Below, in pieces: positions 50,070 to 60,295 of a stretch of 64,000 nucleotides of DNA. The notes under the pieces were generated by a model, which worked only from the letters and a program-made list of their open reading frames with translations, made no database searches and was not told the DNA's origin. Position 1 is the stretch's first letter. Each line of letters opens with the position of its first letter. The stretch comes from Bacilli bacterium. GTDB taxonomy: Bacteria > Bacillota_I > Bacilli_A > RF39 > UBA660. The position numbers and the translations under genes were made by a program. The stretch lies in the NCBI GenBank assembly GCA_017512495.1, contig JAFWGF010000049.1, positions 5,267 through 69,266 of the forward strand. Reading direction: 5' to 3'.

Positions 50070-50735
50070 TTAATTTGCAGTAATAACTAATTTACTAGAA
50101 GAATTACCTCGATATTCATTATCTATAAAATCATCTTCAGAATCATAAGTAAAAGCAGTTAACTCAATAGACTTAATATCTTTACATTTATAACCAGATT
50201 GCATTTTGATTGCCGTAAATAAAGTATTTTCATTATAATCACTAGTTTCAATATGAGAATAGAAAGATTTACCTCTATTGGCATAATCATCATATAAGTA
50301 ATTCATTAAGTATTCCCAATGTTCAAATGTTTCATTTGGAGAAAAGATATTATAAGAAGTAGTTTCATTATTAGCTAATGTATATTTAATATTAAAAGCT
50401 AATTTAATATTTGAATACTTAGTCCATTCATTATAAAATGATTCTCCAAAACTAGTATTTAAGGGAATTGATTCTTCATTTGATAAAAAGATTTGAAAGA
50501 TACCAATATCTTCTTCTACATTTAATACTTTATTTAAATTAGTTACTTTAGTTAAAGTATTATTTTCTAATTTATAAATACCTATAGGAGTATTATTTAA
50601 ATCTTTATAAATATCTACTTTCTCAATTGGTTTTTCTTCTTTCTTTTTAGGTGGTTCTTTAACTTCTTCTTGTTTTTTATGACAACCTGTAATTAATAAC
50701 ATAATCATTAATAAGAATAATAAAATTTTTTTCAT
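50070..50735 (-). CDS. Hypothetical lipoprotein
   Basis: Lipobox LLITGCHKK. Confidence 0.5.
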   Translation of the reverse strand: MKKILLFLLMIMLLITGCHKKQEEVKEPPKKKEEKPIEKVDIYKDLNNTPIGIYKLENNTLTKVTNLNKVLNVEEDIGIFQIFLSNEESIPLNTSFGESFYNEWTKYSNIKLAFNIKYTLANNETTSYNIFSPNETFEHWEYLMNYLYDDYANRGKSFYSHIETSDYNENTLFTAIKMQSGYKCKDIKSIELTAFTYDSEDDFIDNEYRGNSSSKLVITAN

Positions 50736-50824
50736 ATAATCACCACTTAAATTATAATATAGATTAGTTAATTAAGGTATATTTTATTTTTATTTTCATA
50801 ATATTTAATGAAAGCGAGGAAATT

Positions 50825-51085
50825 ATGGAAATATTAAAAGTTAGTAGTAAATCTAATCCAAATAGTGTAGCTGGGGCTTTAGCTAATGTCTTTAGAGAAA
50901 AAGGTAGTGTAGAAATACAAGCTGTAGGAGCAGGAGCGTTAAATCAAGCAATTAAAGCAGTAGCAATAGCTAGAGGTTTTATTGCTCCTAGTGGTAAAAA
51001 TTTAGTATGTATACCAGCATTTCAGGATATTACTATTGAAGGAGAAGAAAGAACAGCTATTAAGTTGATTGTAGAGGCTAAATAG
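50825..51085 (+). CDS. spoVS: Stage V sporulation protein S
   Basis: Near-identical to Bacillus SpoVS across all 86 aa (MEILKVS.KS.PNSVAGALA...AIARGF.APSG..L.CIPAF.DI.I.GEERTAIKLIVE). Confidence 0.9.
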   Translation: MEILKVSSKSNPNSVAGALANVFREKGSVEIQAVGAGALNQAIKAVAIARGFIAPSGKNLVCIPAFQDITIEGEERTAIKLIVEAK

Positions 51086-51143
51086 TCTCTTTTTATTTAT
51101 ATTTTTATTTAATTATGGTAAAATAATCTTGAGGATGATAAAT

Positions 51144-52319
51144 ATGAGTATTGAAAGTGAGCAAAACGAAAAGAAAATTCCTTGCCCAAAGTGTGGGGAG
51201 TTAATGAGGGCAGATGCTAGATGCTGTATAAAGTGTGGAACTGTAAATGCTGCTTATGAAACTAACAAATTAGTATTAGATTCTACACAAGAGGCTATTA
51301 ATGACTATAAAGCAGGAAAAACTGAATTGATTATAGCTCATAAAAAGAATCAGCAGGTAGGACTTGCCAATAATACAGGTAATAGAGAGTTTAGTTTTTA
51401 TGTAACGCTATTCTTATATCTTTTTTGCGTCATAGTTATAGGGTTGAGTACATATTCAAGTGGTGTAACTAGTTTTGATACATTAATTATTTCATCATTT
51501 CCATTCTTACTTATGTTTATTTCAATTGTATTCTTATATATCTATTCTATTGAATTGGTATTTATGAAGTGTAATAAGCCATGGTGGGCAGGATTAGTTC
51601 CTATTTATAACATGCTTGTTTTAGCAGAAATTACTTTTAATAATAAGTATTTGGGATTAATTTGTTTAGTACCAATAATAGGACAATTATTTACTTTAGC
51701 TATGTTCTATAAATTAGGAGAGAAGTTTAAATATAGTGGTTTGTTAACGGCACTTTTATCAATAATCTATATGCCAATAATAGGTTATGGAGATCATCTG
51801 TATGAAGGGAAGGTATTTGTTAGTTCTGGAGATGAATTATCATTAGAAAAAGATTATAGGCGTAAGAAATTATTCTTTGGTATATTAATATTTTTACTAC
51901 TAGTAGGATTAGTATTATTTGTTATGGGTAATATGGGTAAAATAAGAAAAGCTGATAAAACTATCAGTGGTAGTTATTATAAATTAGCTAGTGTAAGAGC
52001 ATTAAAGTATGTAAAAAAAGCTATTTCTGAAGATAGAATTGATTGTGGACTTGATACTTATAATAATGGTCAAGGAGTCTATTATATTAAATTTGGTGAC
52101 TTAGGAGATTATGTTCATTTACCATTATATATGTCTAGAGATCCTATTACTGCTTATGTAAAAGTAGATAATAATAAGAATCCTCAAGAATTCTATGTTA
52201 GTATGACTGATGGTAAATATGGATTTAAAGAGACGTTGGAAGCTAATATCAATTCAGATATAGTTACTACGTATCCTGAATTAGAATCTATTTCTGATTA
52301 CTGCAAAGTAATTAAGTAG
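51144..52319 (+). CDS. Membrane protein with an N-terminal zinc ribbon
   Basis: CPKCG...CIKCG. Several TM helices. Start ATG 51144 with GAGGATGA RBS. Confidence 0.5.
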   Translation: MSIESEQNEKKIPCPKCGELMRADARCCIKCGTVNAAYETNKLVLDSTQEAINDYKAGKTELIIAHKKNQQVGLANNTGNREFSFYVTLFLYLFCVIVIGLSTYSSGVTSFDTLIISSFPFLLMFISIVFLYIYSIELVFMKCNKPWWAGLVPIYNMLVLAEITFNNKYLGLICLVPIIGQLFTLAMFYKLGEKFKYSGLLTALLSIIYMPIIGYGDHLYEGKVFVSSGDELSLEKDYRRKKLFFGILIFLLLVGLVLFVMGNMGKIRKADKTISGSYYKLASVRALKYVKKAISEDRIDCGLDTYNNGQGVYYIKFGDLGDYVHLPLYMSRDPITAYVKVDNNKNPQEFYVSMTDGKYGFKETLEANINSDIVTTYPELESISDYCKVIK

Positions 52320-52322
52320 TAC

Positions 52323-52351
52323 TTGAAAAATAATTAATAGTTTACTATAAT
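52323..52351 (+). promoter_or_regulatory. Candidate sigma-A promoter (TTGAAA-17-TATAAT) giving a ~200-nt leader
   Basis: Hexamers read from the sequence. The downstream CDS starts at 52561. Confidence 0.35.
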
Positions 52352-52560
52352 TAAGTAAATCAGTGATTAGAGATAATAATAAGATTTTTCTAGCAAAGAG
52401 AATTCGTGGTTGGTGTAAACGATGTAGAATACTTATTTATCTACTCTATAGAGAGTTTAATAAACTCCGGTTAATACCGTTATCTAAAGTAAGTTAATAA
52501 AAGGATGGTACCGTGCTATGCACTCCTTGTACTATTCTTTTTTTGTTTATAGGAGGAAAT

Positions 52561-52797
52561 ATGAGAGAAGTGAAGATTGGAGCTAAATATAGGCACTTTA
52601 AAGGAATGGAAGTAGAAGTGTTAATGATAGCTAAAGATAGTGAAGATTTAAAAGAATTGGTTATTTATAAGCATGATAATGAGATATGGGTAAGACCATT
52701 AGAAGAATTTCTCTCGGAAGTTGATAATAATAAATATCCGGATGTTAAACAAAGATATAGATTTGAAGAATTAGGTGGGGTATTAGATGAGAAGTAG
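52561..52797 (+). CDS. DUF1653-family small protein
   Basis: YRHFKG...Y......E.W.RP...F pattern. GGAGGAAATATG start. Confidence 0.6.
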   Translation: MREVKIGAKYRHFKGMEVEVLMIAKDSEDLKELVIYKHDNEIWVRPLEEFLSEVDNNKYPDVKQRYRFEELGGVLDEK

Positions 52798-53500
52798 AAA
52801 TAGGAAGATATTTATAGGTGTTATAGTTATAGGTATTATTATCATAATTGGAGTATTCTATTATTTGAGAACAACTAGTAGTAAATCAACAGAAATAAAA
52901 TTAAATAATGAGAAAAAAATAGGAATAGATAGAAATGGTAAAGCAGTATTTAAATTTACTCCAGAGAAAGATGGTTATTATAATTTTGATTTGATAGAAT
53001 ATGGAGTAGCAGAAGAGGAATCTGGAGATTTATACATTTATGAAAATATGAAAAATGAAATAGAACTAGGAAAAGATGTTTATTATTTTAAAAAAGATAA
53101 TGATTATTACTTTATTGATGATATGCATCATTGTTTGGATTATGGGTATGATTGTGACGTTTCCCTTAAATTAAAGGGCTATGCTAATGGTACGATTACT
53201 GAAGATGAACCTCTTATTATTAATGAAGATACAGTGCTAAAATATAAAAGCTTATCATCAGGAAAGAAAACTATGACAGTTTATGATAATAAAAATATTT
53301 CTGTTAATTTACAGTATGAAAATATTCCCGAAAATACATTGATTTCTTATCAACGAGATCATGATAAATATTATTTTGTTGCTGGAAACAATGAGACTAT
53401 TTTAGTAGTTTGTAATAATGTTAATAAGGGAACAAAACTTGTGATAAATACAACTCCAGATATAAAATTATGGAATGAAGAATCTGATGAAAATGACTAA
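52787..53500 (+). CDS. Hypothetical membrane-anchored protein
   Basis: N-terminal TM. No family recognised. Confidence 0.45.
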   Translation: MRSRNRKIFIGVIVIGIIIIIGVFYYLRTTSSKSTEIKLNNEKKIGIDRNGKAVFKFTPEKDGYYNFDLIEYGVAEEESGDLYIYENMKNEIELGKDVYYFKKDNDYYFIDDMHHCLDYGYDCDVSLKLKGYANGTITEDEPLIINEDTVLKYKSLSSGKKTMTVYDNKNISVNLQYENIPENTLISYQRDHDKYYFVAGNNETILVVCNNVNKGTKLVINTTPDIKLWNEESDEND

Positions 53501-53523
53501 AAATATAACAAAGGAGGATTATA

Positions 53524-54810
53524 ATGATAGATATTAAATTAATAAGAGAAAATAGTGATATTGTAAAGGAAAATATTAAAAAGAAATTTCAAGATGAAAA
53601 GTTACCTTTAGTAGATGAAGTAAAGGAATTAGATGAGAAATCTAGATCTTTACAAACTGAAGGAGATAACTTAAAGGCTGAAAAGAATAAGCTAAGTAAA
53701 TCTATTGGATTACTTATGAGAGATGGTAAGAAAGATGAAGCGGAGAGTGTTAAAAAGCAAATTGCTGAAATGGATACTAGAATTAAAGAAATAGATGAAG
53801 AATTACCTGAAATTCAAAAATCTGTTAGAGAAAAGATGTTAGTAATTCCTCAAATAATGGATCCATCAGTACCAATAGGTAAAGACGATAGTGAAAATGT
53901 TGAAGTAGAAAAGTTTGGAGATCCAATAGTACCTAGTTACGAGATACCATATCATGCAGATATTATTTTAAATGTTAAAGGAATGGATAAAGAAGCTGCT
54001 GGTAGAACTAGTGGAGAAGGTTTCTATTATTTATTAGGAGATATTGCTAGACTTCATGAAGCTATGATTGCTTATGCAAGAGATTATATGATTGATCATG
54101 GTTTTACTTATGCAATTCCACCATTTATGATTCATGGTAATGTTGTTACAGGAGTTATGTCTTTCCCAGAAATGGAAGCTATGATGTATAAAATTGAAGG
54201 AGAAGATTTATATCTAATAGGTACTTCTGAACATAGTATGATTGGTAAATTTAAAGATCAAATTTTAAAGAAGGAAGACTTACCAATTAATATGACAAGT
54301 TATTCACCATGTTTTAGAAAAGAAGGTGGATCTCATGGCCTAGAAGAGAGAGGACTATATCGTGTACATCAATTTGAAAAACAAGAAATGATTGTTATCT
54401 GTGAACCAGAAGAATCAATGGATTGGTATGAAAAGATGTGGAAACTTACTGTTGAAATATTCCGTAATTGGGATATTCCAGTAAGACAATTAGAATGCTG
54501 TAGTGGAGATTTGGCTGATTTAAAAGTTAAATCATGTGATATAGAAGCTTGGAGTCCAAGACAACAAAAATACTTTGAAGTAGCAAGTTGTTCTAACTTA
54601 GGAGATGCTCAAGCTAGACGTTTAGGTATTAGAACTAAAGGAGATAAAGGAATATATTATCTTCACACATTAAATAATACTGTAGTAGCTACTCCTAGAG
54701 GATTAATAGCTTTGATTGAAAATAATTACAGAGAAGATGGAAGTATTAAGATACCTAAAGTATTACAACCATATATGGGTGGAAAAGAAAAAATAGAAGC
54801 TAAACAATAG
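53524..54810 (+). CDS. serS: Seryl-tRNA synthetase
   Basis: N-terminal coiled-coil arm. Class II motifs. Confidence 0.95.
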   Translation: MIDIKLIRENSDIVKENIKKKFQDEKLPLVDEVKELDEKSRSLQTEGDNLKAEKNKLSKSIGLLMRDGKKDEAESVKKQIAEMDTRIKEIDEELPEIQKSVREKMLVIPQIMDPSVPIGKDDSENVEVEKFGDPIVPSYEIPYHADIILNVKGMDKEAAGRTSGEGFYYLLGDIARLHEAMIAYARDYMIDHGFTYAIPPFMIHGNVVTGVMSFPEMEAMMYKIEGEDLYLIGTSEHSMIGKFKDQILKKEDLPINMTSYSPCFRKEGGSHGLEERGLYRVHQFEKQEMIVICEPEESMDWYEKMWKLTVEIFRNWDIPVRQLECCSGDLADLKVKSCDIEAWSPRQQKYFEVASCSNLGDAQARRLGIRTKGDKGIYYLHTLNNTVVATPRGLIALIENNYREDGSIKIPKVLQPYMGGKEKIEAKQ

Positions 54811-54862
54811 CTTCTATTTATATTGAGATTTTGATATAATTATATAGGATGGAAGTGATTAG

Positions 54863-55777
54863 ATGGATAACTTGGTTTATGATACTCAAAATATAGAAGA
54901 AAAAGAACCACAAATAGAGAAACTTGTTAATTACGAATGTAATGATTGTCATTGTAATTTTTCACTTTTATCAGAAAATCATGATAAATGTGTTTACTGT
55001 GGAAGTAATAATATAATTACTACTAATAATTATAATCTTGATTTTTCAAGAATTATTCCATTTACTTTAGATATAGAAAATGCTAAAAATGAGTATAAGA
55101 AACATGTCTTATTTAATCCTTTAATACCAATAAAATTTAAAAAGAAAAGTACCATTAATAAAATTCAAAAAGTATACTTTATGACATATTTATTTAATGT
55201 TAATTATCGTGGTAATATTACTTTTTTAGGTGCTGATAAAGAAAAAGTAATAGTAGATAAGAAGAAACTAGTTGAAACTAAAAAATATAATATGTTATCA
55301 GAAGTTAATTTTGATTATTCTAATGTTCTAATTAATCCAAATGAAAAGATAACTATGCCTGAATTTACTAAAGTATTTCAATATGATTATAATAAGACAG
55401 AAGAATTAAGAGAATTTGATATAAAAGATACTGTTATTATTAACTCTACACTTTCAAATGATGAAATATTAGAAAAAGCTAAAGAAAGAATTAGTAAATC
55501 ATCTTTAAGTATTATTAGAAATAATATTAATCATCAATTAAATAAAGTAGAAGATAATCAAACTAATGTTAATTTTGAATCAGCTCAAAAAATATTATTA
55601 CCAATATATTTTATTAATACTAGATATCGTAATAAAAACTATCATTTCTTATATAATGGCGTTAATAAGAATACTTATTATAAATTTCCAGCTGGTATTA
55701 TTGAAACGATTATATTTGCTTTAATAGTATTTGGAATAGTACTACTAATTGGCTATTTAATAGCTTCAGCGTTATAG
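54863..55777 (+). CDS. YdjG-like protein: N-terminal zinc ribbon, C-terminal TM
   Basis: CNDCHC...CVYCGS. Terminal hydrophobic helix. Confidence 0.5.
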   Translation: MDNLVYDTQNIEEKEPQIEKLVNYECNDCHCNFSLLSENHDKCVYCGSNNIITTNNYNLDFSRIIPFTLDIENAKNEYKKHVLFNPLIPIKFKKKSTINKIQKVYFMTYLFNVNYRGNITFLGADKEKVIVDKKKLVETKKYNMLSEVNFDYSNVLINPNEKITMPEFTKVFQYDYNKTEELREFDIKDTVIINSTLSNDEILEKAKERISKSSLSIIRNNINHQLNKVEDNQTNVNFESAQKILLPIYFINTRYRNKNYHFLYNGVNKNTYYKFPAGIIETIIFALIVFGIVLLIGYLIASAL

Positions 55778-55785
55778 GAGGATTT

Positions 55786-56595
55786 ATGAAATATATTAAA
55801 TTATTAATAGTATTTATATTATTTATAAGTATTCCTAAAAATTGTTTAGCTAGTACTAATACACTTACTAGAACAAGAGAAAAACCATTAGTACCAGACA
55901 GAGTAATTGTAGATGAAAATAATATTGATGAGATATTATTAACTCCAGCAGTTTCAAGTAATGAGAAAATCTATGACTTTGCTGAACTATATACGGAGGA
56001 AGAAGAAAAGAAACTTTATCAGAAAGCAATTAATTATACTAATAATAGTTCTATTGATTTAGTTATTGTAACTACTAAAGATTTGAGGGGATTTAATTTA
56101 GAAAAGTATACTTATAATTTTTATGATTATAATTTGTTTAATAGAGAAGGAATAATATTTGTTATTTATGTTAATGGAAATAAGAATGAAATATATATGG
56201 GAAATATTGGTTCTTCATCAAGTGTAGTATTTGATGTATATACCGATAAAAGAATTAATCAAACATTAGAATATATTTATTCAGATATAAAACAAGGTAA
56301 TTATTATAGCGCTACTGATAATTATATTAAGACAGTAGAGGGATTTTATAATTTAAATAAAAATGAAAACTATTTAATTAATAAAGAAGGGAAAATAGTT
56401 AAGAGTATACCATGGTTTGAATTAATAATTTTTGCTAGTGCAATAACTATTATAGTTACAATATTATTTAGTTATAAGTTGAGAATTAATAAATTACCAA
56501 CAGTTTATAGTTTGGATGATAATATCAATGAAGCTACAATGATGGTAAAGTTTACAAAAGATGAGTTGATTGAGACTACTACTGATAAAAAATAG
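55786..56595 (+). CDS. TPM-domain protein with signal peptide and C-terminal TM (YdjH-like)
   Basis: YDFAELYTEEEEKKL...GIIFVIYVNGNKNEIYMGN matches the TPM domain blocks. Confidence 0.55.
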   Translation: MKYIKLLIVFILFISIPKNCLASTNTLTRTREKPLVPDRVIVDENNIDEILLTPAVSSNEKIYDFAELYTEEEEKKLYQKAINYTNNSSIDLVIVTTKDLRGFNLEKYTYNFYDYNLFNREGIIFVIYVNGNKNEIYMGNIGSSSSVVFDVYTDKRINQTLEYIYSDIKQGNYYSATDNYIKTVEGFYNLNKNENYLINKEGKIVKSIPWFELIIFASAITIIVTILFSYKLRINKLPTVYSLDDNINEATMMVKFTKDELIETTTDKK

Positions 56596-56653
56596 TCTTT
56601 AAAAATAACGATAATTGATATATAATAAATATATAAATAGAAGGAGAGATTAT

Positions 56654-57784
56654 ATGGGATTAATTAAAGCTGCTGTAAAAGCTACTGCAAGTACTCTACA
56701 TGATCAATGGAAAGAGTATATTAGATGCGAAGATTTAGGTAATGATGTTTTAATGAAAAGAGTATCTACACCTAATGGAATTATTTCAAAGGATAGTGCA
56801 ATTCAAGTTGCTCCAGGACAAATAGCTATTATTTTTGAAAATGGTAAAGTTTTAGATGCGACTGCAGAAGAAGGAATTTATACTTTTGATCAGTCACAAT
56901 CACCATCTTTCTTTGCTGGACAATTTGGTGAAGTATTTAAAGAAATGTGGACTCGTTTTACTTATAATGGTGGAACAAGTAAAGAACAAGCTGTATTCTA
57001 TATTAATGCAAAAGAAATTATTGATAATAAATTTGGAACCCCAGCACCAGTACCATTCCAAGATTGGTCACATCCAATTCCAAATCAAATGACTAAAGAA
57101 ATGACTCCATTAAGAGTAAATGTTAAATGTTTTGGTAAATATACTTTTAAGATTAGTGATCCATCTACATTTATGAGTAAGATTGCTGGTACTGCAGAAG
57201 AATATAGAAAAGATGAAATTTTAGAACAAATGAGAAGTGAAGTTGTAGGAGCTTTCCAAAATGTCTTAAATGAATTAGGAACTGCTGCACATAAAACACC
57301 AGTACTTGAATTACCTAGTGCTACTGATGAAATTAAAAAAGCAATGGATGAAAAAGTATTTGATCAACCAATTCGTGATCGTGGAATTAGTATAGTTGGA
57401 TTCGTAATTGAAAGTGTTACTCTTGATGATGAATCTAATAAGAAGATAGATCAATACGAACTTTCTTCAAATGCTTACATGCAACAAGGAAAACTTGTTG
57501 GAAGTTTCGGAGATGCTGTTGTTGATGCTGCAAACAATCCTAATGGTGCTGCAAATAGCATGATGGGAGTTGGTATGGTAGGAATGGCTAGCGGAGGAAT
57601 GATGCAAGGAGCTGTAGCTGGAGCATTCAATGGTCAAGGTACTGATGTAACACAAATTAATGGTGGACAAGCTGCACCTGAAGCACCTAAAGCTGAAGGA
57701 GAAGCTGCTGGATTCTGTCCTAAATGTGGAGCTGCAGTAAATGGTGATGCATTCTGTAGTAAATGCGGAAATAAGTTAAAATAA
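56654..57784 (+). CDS. SPFH (band-7-like) domain protein with a Gly/Met/Ala-rich linker and a C-terminal zinc ribbon (YdjI-like)
   Basis: MGLIKAAVKA N-terminus typical of this family. Terminal FCPKCGAAVNGDAFCSKCG. Terminator at 57787-57816. Confidence 0.55.
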   Translation: MGLIKAAVKATASTLHDQWKEYIRCEDLGNDVLMKRVSTPNGIISKDSAIQVAPGQIAIIFENGKVLDATAEEGIYTFDQSQSPSFFAGQFGEVFKEMWTRFTYNGGTSKEQAVFYINAKEIIDNKFGTPAPVPFQDWSHPIPNQMTKEMTPLRVNVKCFGKYTFKISDPSTFMSKIAGTAEEYRKDEILEQMRSEVVGAFQNVLNELGTAAHKTPVLELPSATDEIKKAMDEKVFDQPIRDRGISIVGFVIESVTLDDESNKKIDQYELSSNAYMQQGKLVGSFGDAVVDAANNPNGAANSMMGVGMVGMASGGMMQGAVAGAFNGQGTDVTQINGGQAAPEAPKAEGEAAGFCPKCGAAVNGDAFCSKCGNKLK

Positions 57785-57841
57785 GAAAAGAGTACATAGT
57801 ACTCTTTCTTTTTTTGTGATATAATTAGCACGGAGGCATTT

Positions 57842-59302
57842 ATGAAGAAAAGTGGAATAATAAAATACATATTATTGTATATATTTGTTTTCTTATTAAG
57901 CTTATCTGTTACATCAACTAGTTGGGCTATTAATAAATTTGCTTTTTTGAGTTTTGATGAAACTCTGTTTCAATTAACTACACCAATAAAAAGTGCAGAA
58001 AGCTCAATTATCACAACTTATTTAACAGATAGTTTTTGTATTGCCTTATTAGCTTCAATAATAATTTATATTATGATAATATTTATAACTAAAAAAGTTA
58101 AAAATAAACATAATTCTAAAAAGATAAATACAATTACAGTTACTATATTATTAATAATCGCAACAATTATAATATATGTTTGCTTAGATAAAATAGGTTT
58201 TATTAAATATACTAAGAATCAGTTTAGAGAATCTAATTTTATTAAAGAAAATTATACTAATCCAAAAAAAGTAGATATTACTTTTCCAGAAAAAAAGAGA
58301 AATTTAGTCTATATTTATGTTGAGTCATTAGAGAGTACCTATTTTTCAAAAGAATTAGGTGGAGAAACTCAGAGTAATTTATTAGAACCTATTACTAAAA
58401 TAACTAAAGATAATATTAGTTTTTCAGATACTAATAAATTTGGTGGAGCTTTAACAGTTACTGGAACTACATGGACTACTGGAGCAATGATTGCGCAAAC
58501 CTCAGGATTACCTTTGAAATTAAATTCTTTTAATGTTAATACTGAAAAAGCTTCAATGATGAGTGGAGCCATTACTTTAGGTGATATCCTAGCTGAAAAT
58601 GGTTATAAACAGATGTATATGATTGGTTCAGATAAGATGTTTGGTCACAGAGGACCATATTTTGAAAAACATGGTAATTATGAAATATATGATTATAATA
58701 CGGCTATTGAGAAGGGGAAAATAGATAAAGATTATTATGTATGGTGGGGATACGAAGATTCAAAGTTATTTAAATATGCTAAGGAAGAAATAAGTAAATT
58801 AGCTAATGGGGATAAACAATTTAATTTTACAATGCTAACTACTAATACACATTTTACAGATGGATATTTAGAAAAAGATTGCCCTAATAAGTATAAAAGT
58901 GCTTATTATAACTCAGTTTATTGTAGCGCTGGACAAATAAGCGAATTTATTAATTGGATACAAGCACAACCTTTCTATGATAATACAACTGTAGTAATTG
59001 CTGGAGATCATGTTAGTATGCAAGCAGGAGCATATCCATCAAAAGCTAAACGTAGAATTTATAATTTATTTATTAATTCTGCTGTTACGGAGGGAAGGTT
59101 TACTAATAGAGAATTTTGTACTATGGATTATTTCCCAACAACATTAGCTAGCTTGGGTGTAGAAATTGATGGAGAGAGATTAGGATTAGGAACAAATCTA
59201 TTTAGTAATAGAAAAACTTTAATAGAAGAAAAAGGGTATAAAACCTTTGAAAGAGAAGTATCTAAACACAGTAAATTTTATATAAATAATATCTCTAAAT
59301 AA
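57842..59302 (+). CDS. LtaS/sulfatase-like (alkaline phosphatase superfamily) membrane enzyme
   Basis: N-terminal TMs. Extracellular domain with YVESLE...TGTTWTTGAM...GDHVSM blocks. Confidence 0.5.
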   Translation: MKKSGIIKYILLYIFVFLLSLSVTSTSWAINKFAFLSFDETLFQLTTPIKSAESSIITTYLTDSFCIALLASIIIYIMIIFITKKVKNKHNSKKINTITVTILLIIATIIIYVCLDKIGFIKYTKNQFRESNFIKENYTNPKKVDITFPEKKRNLVYIYVESLESTYFSKELGGETQSNLLEPITKITKDNISFSDTNKFGGALTVTGTTWTTGAMIAQTSGLPLKLNSFNVNTEKASMMSGAITLGDILAENGYKQMYMIGSDKMFGHRGPYFEKHGNYEIYDYNTAIEKGKIDKDYYVWWGYEDSKLFKYAKEEISKLANGDKQFNFTMLTTNTHFTDGYLEKDCPNKYKSAYYNSVYCSAGQISEFINWIQAQPFYDNTTVVIAGDHVSMQAGAYPSKAKRRIYNLFINSAVTEGRFTNREFCTMDYFPTTLASLGVEIDGERLGLGTNLFSNRKTLIEEKGYKTFEREVSKHSKFYINNISK

Positions 59303-59371
59303 CCATAAAAAATACTTATAGAAGATTAATTAAGGCTGAAAAAAGGTAAAAAAAACTTAAAAATTATAGTA

Positions 59372-59408
59372 AAAAAAAGTCGAAAAAATTCGACTTTTTT
59401 TATTTTTT
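59372..59408 (+). terminator. Intrinsic terminator
   Basis: agtcga-aaaaat-tcgact followed by a T-run. Confidence 0.5.
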
Positions 59409-59471
59409 CGTTGAAATATAAAGAAATAATAGCTAATAATAATTTTTTATAGCTAAGAAACTCCAGTTAGT

Positions 59472-59500
59472 TTGACACTAAATTTGACCTCTGTTAGAAT
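59472..59500 (+). promoter_or_regulatory. Consensus-like promoter TTGACA-17-TAGAAT
   Basis: Hexamers read from the sequence. Confidence 0.45.
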
Positions 59501-59533
59501 AGATAACTATCACGGACAAATGAGGTGATTTAA

Positions 59534-60220
59534 ATGTTTAGTGAAAAACAACGTTTATTTGATACTTGTAAGGAGGATCCATCCCTGATCTTTACTTATA
59601 TTAAACAAGGACAATATGATGATGTTGAAGCTATCTTAATGAATAATATCGTAAGTGTTAATTTATTAGATAGTGTAGGTAATGATGTAATTACTAGATT
59701 ATTAAAAGCAAAACAATATGATTTAGTAATAACACTAATGAAAAAGAAAAACTGGAACGTTAATAATCAAAATATAGAGGGTAATACTTTTGCTCATATA
59801 TTAGCTAGTGATAATTCTATCATGGCTGTTAAAGTAGCAGAACAATTAACTAATAAGAGTAATTACTTACCTAATATTAAGAATAATAATGGTGAAACTG
59901 CTTTAGATTTAGCTCTTCATAATAATCATTTAAGTTTAGTATTCAAGATATTAGAAGATAAAAGATTTAATAGTATAAATATGTTTTCTTTTAGGAATCT
60001 ATTTAATGCTACTGTATCTAATAAAGTATATGGTAAATATTCTAAGATAAGTAATTTAGAAATAATAGTAAATAATTTAATTAAGAAAGATTTAGATACC
60101 GAATTAAGAGAATTAATTAATTATATTAAGAATAATATGGAAGCTATAAAAAATACTATTCTAAATAATAGAGCAGTAATTCTAGATTCAATTATTAATA
60201 ATAGTTTAGTAGAGGCATAA
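59534..60220 (+). CDS. Hypothetical protein with ankyrin-like repeats
   Basis: Repeated ~33-aa helical units (G.T.LH.A...). Weak call. Confidence 0.4.
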   Translation: MFSEKQRLFDTCKEDPSLIFTYIKQGQYDDVEAILMNNIVSVNLLDSVGNDVITRLLKAKQYDLVITLMKKKNWNVNNQNIEGNTFAHILASDNSIMAVKVAEQLTNKSNYLPNIKNNNGETALDLALHNNHLSLVFKILEDKRFNSINMFSFRNLFNATVSNKVYGKYSKISNLEIIVNNLIKKDLDTELRELINYIKNNMEAIKNTILNNRAVILDSIINNSLVEA

Positions 60221-60295
60221 GCCTCTTTTTTTGTAAACATATAGTTCCTATAAAAAACAAATAAGAAAATATATAATTACTATAGGAGAATAGGT

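Noticed and set aside
53501-53523. Looked for a T-box leader upstream of serS.
   Set aside because: Only 23 nt separate serS from the upstream gene, so there is no room for a T-box. serS appears co-transcribed or to use a minimal leader.
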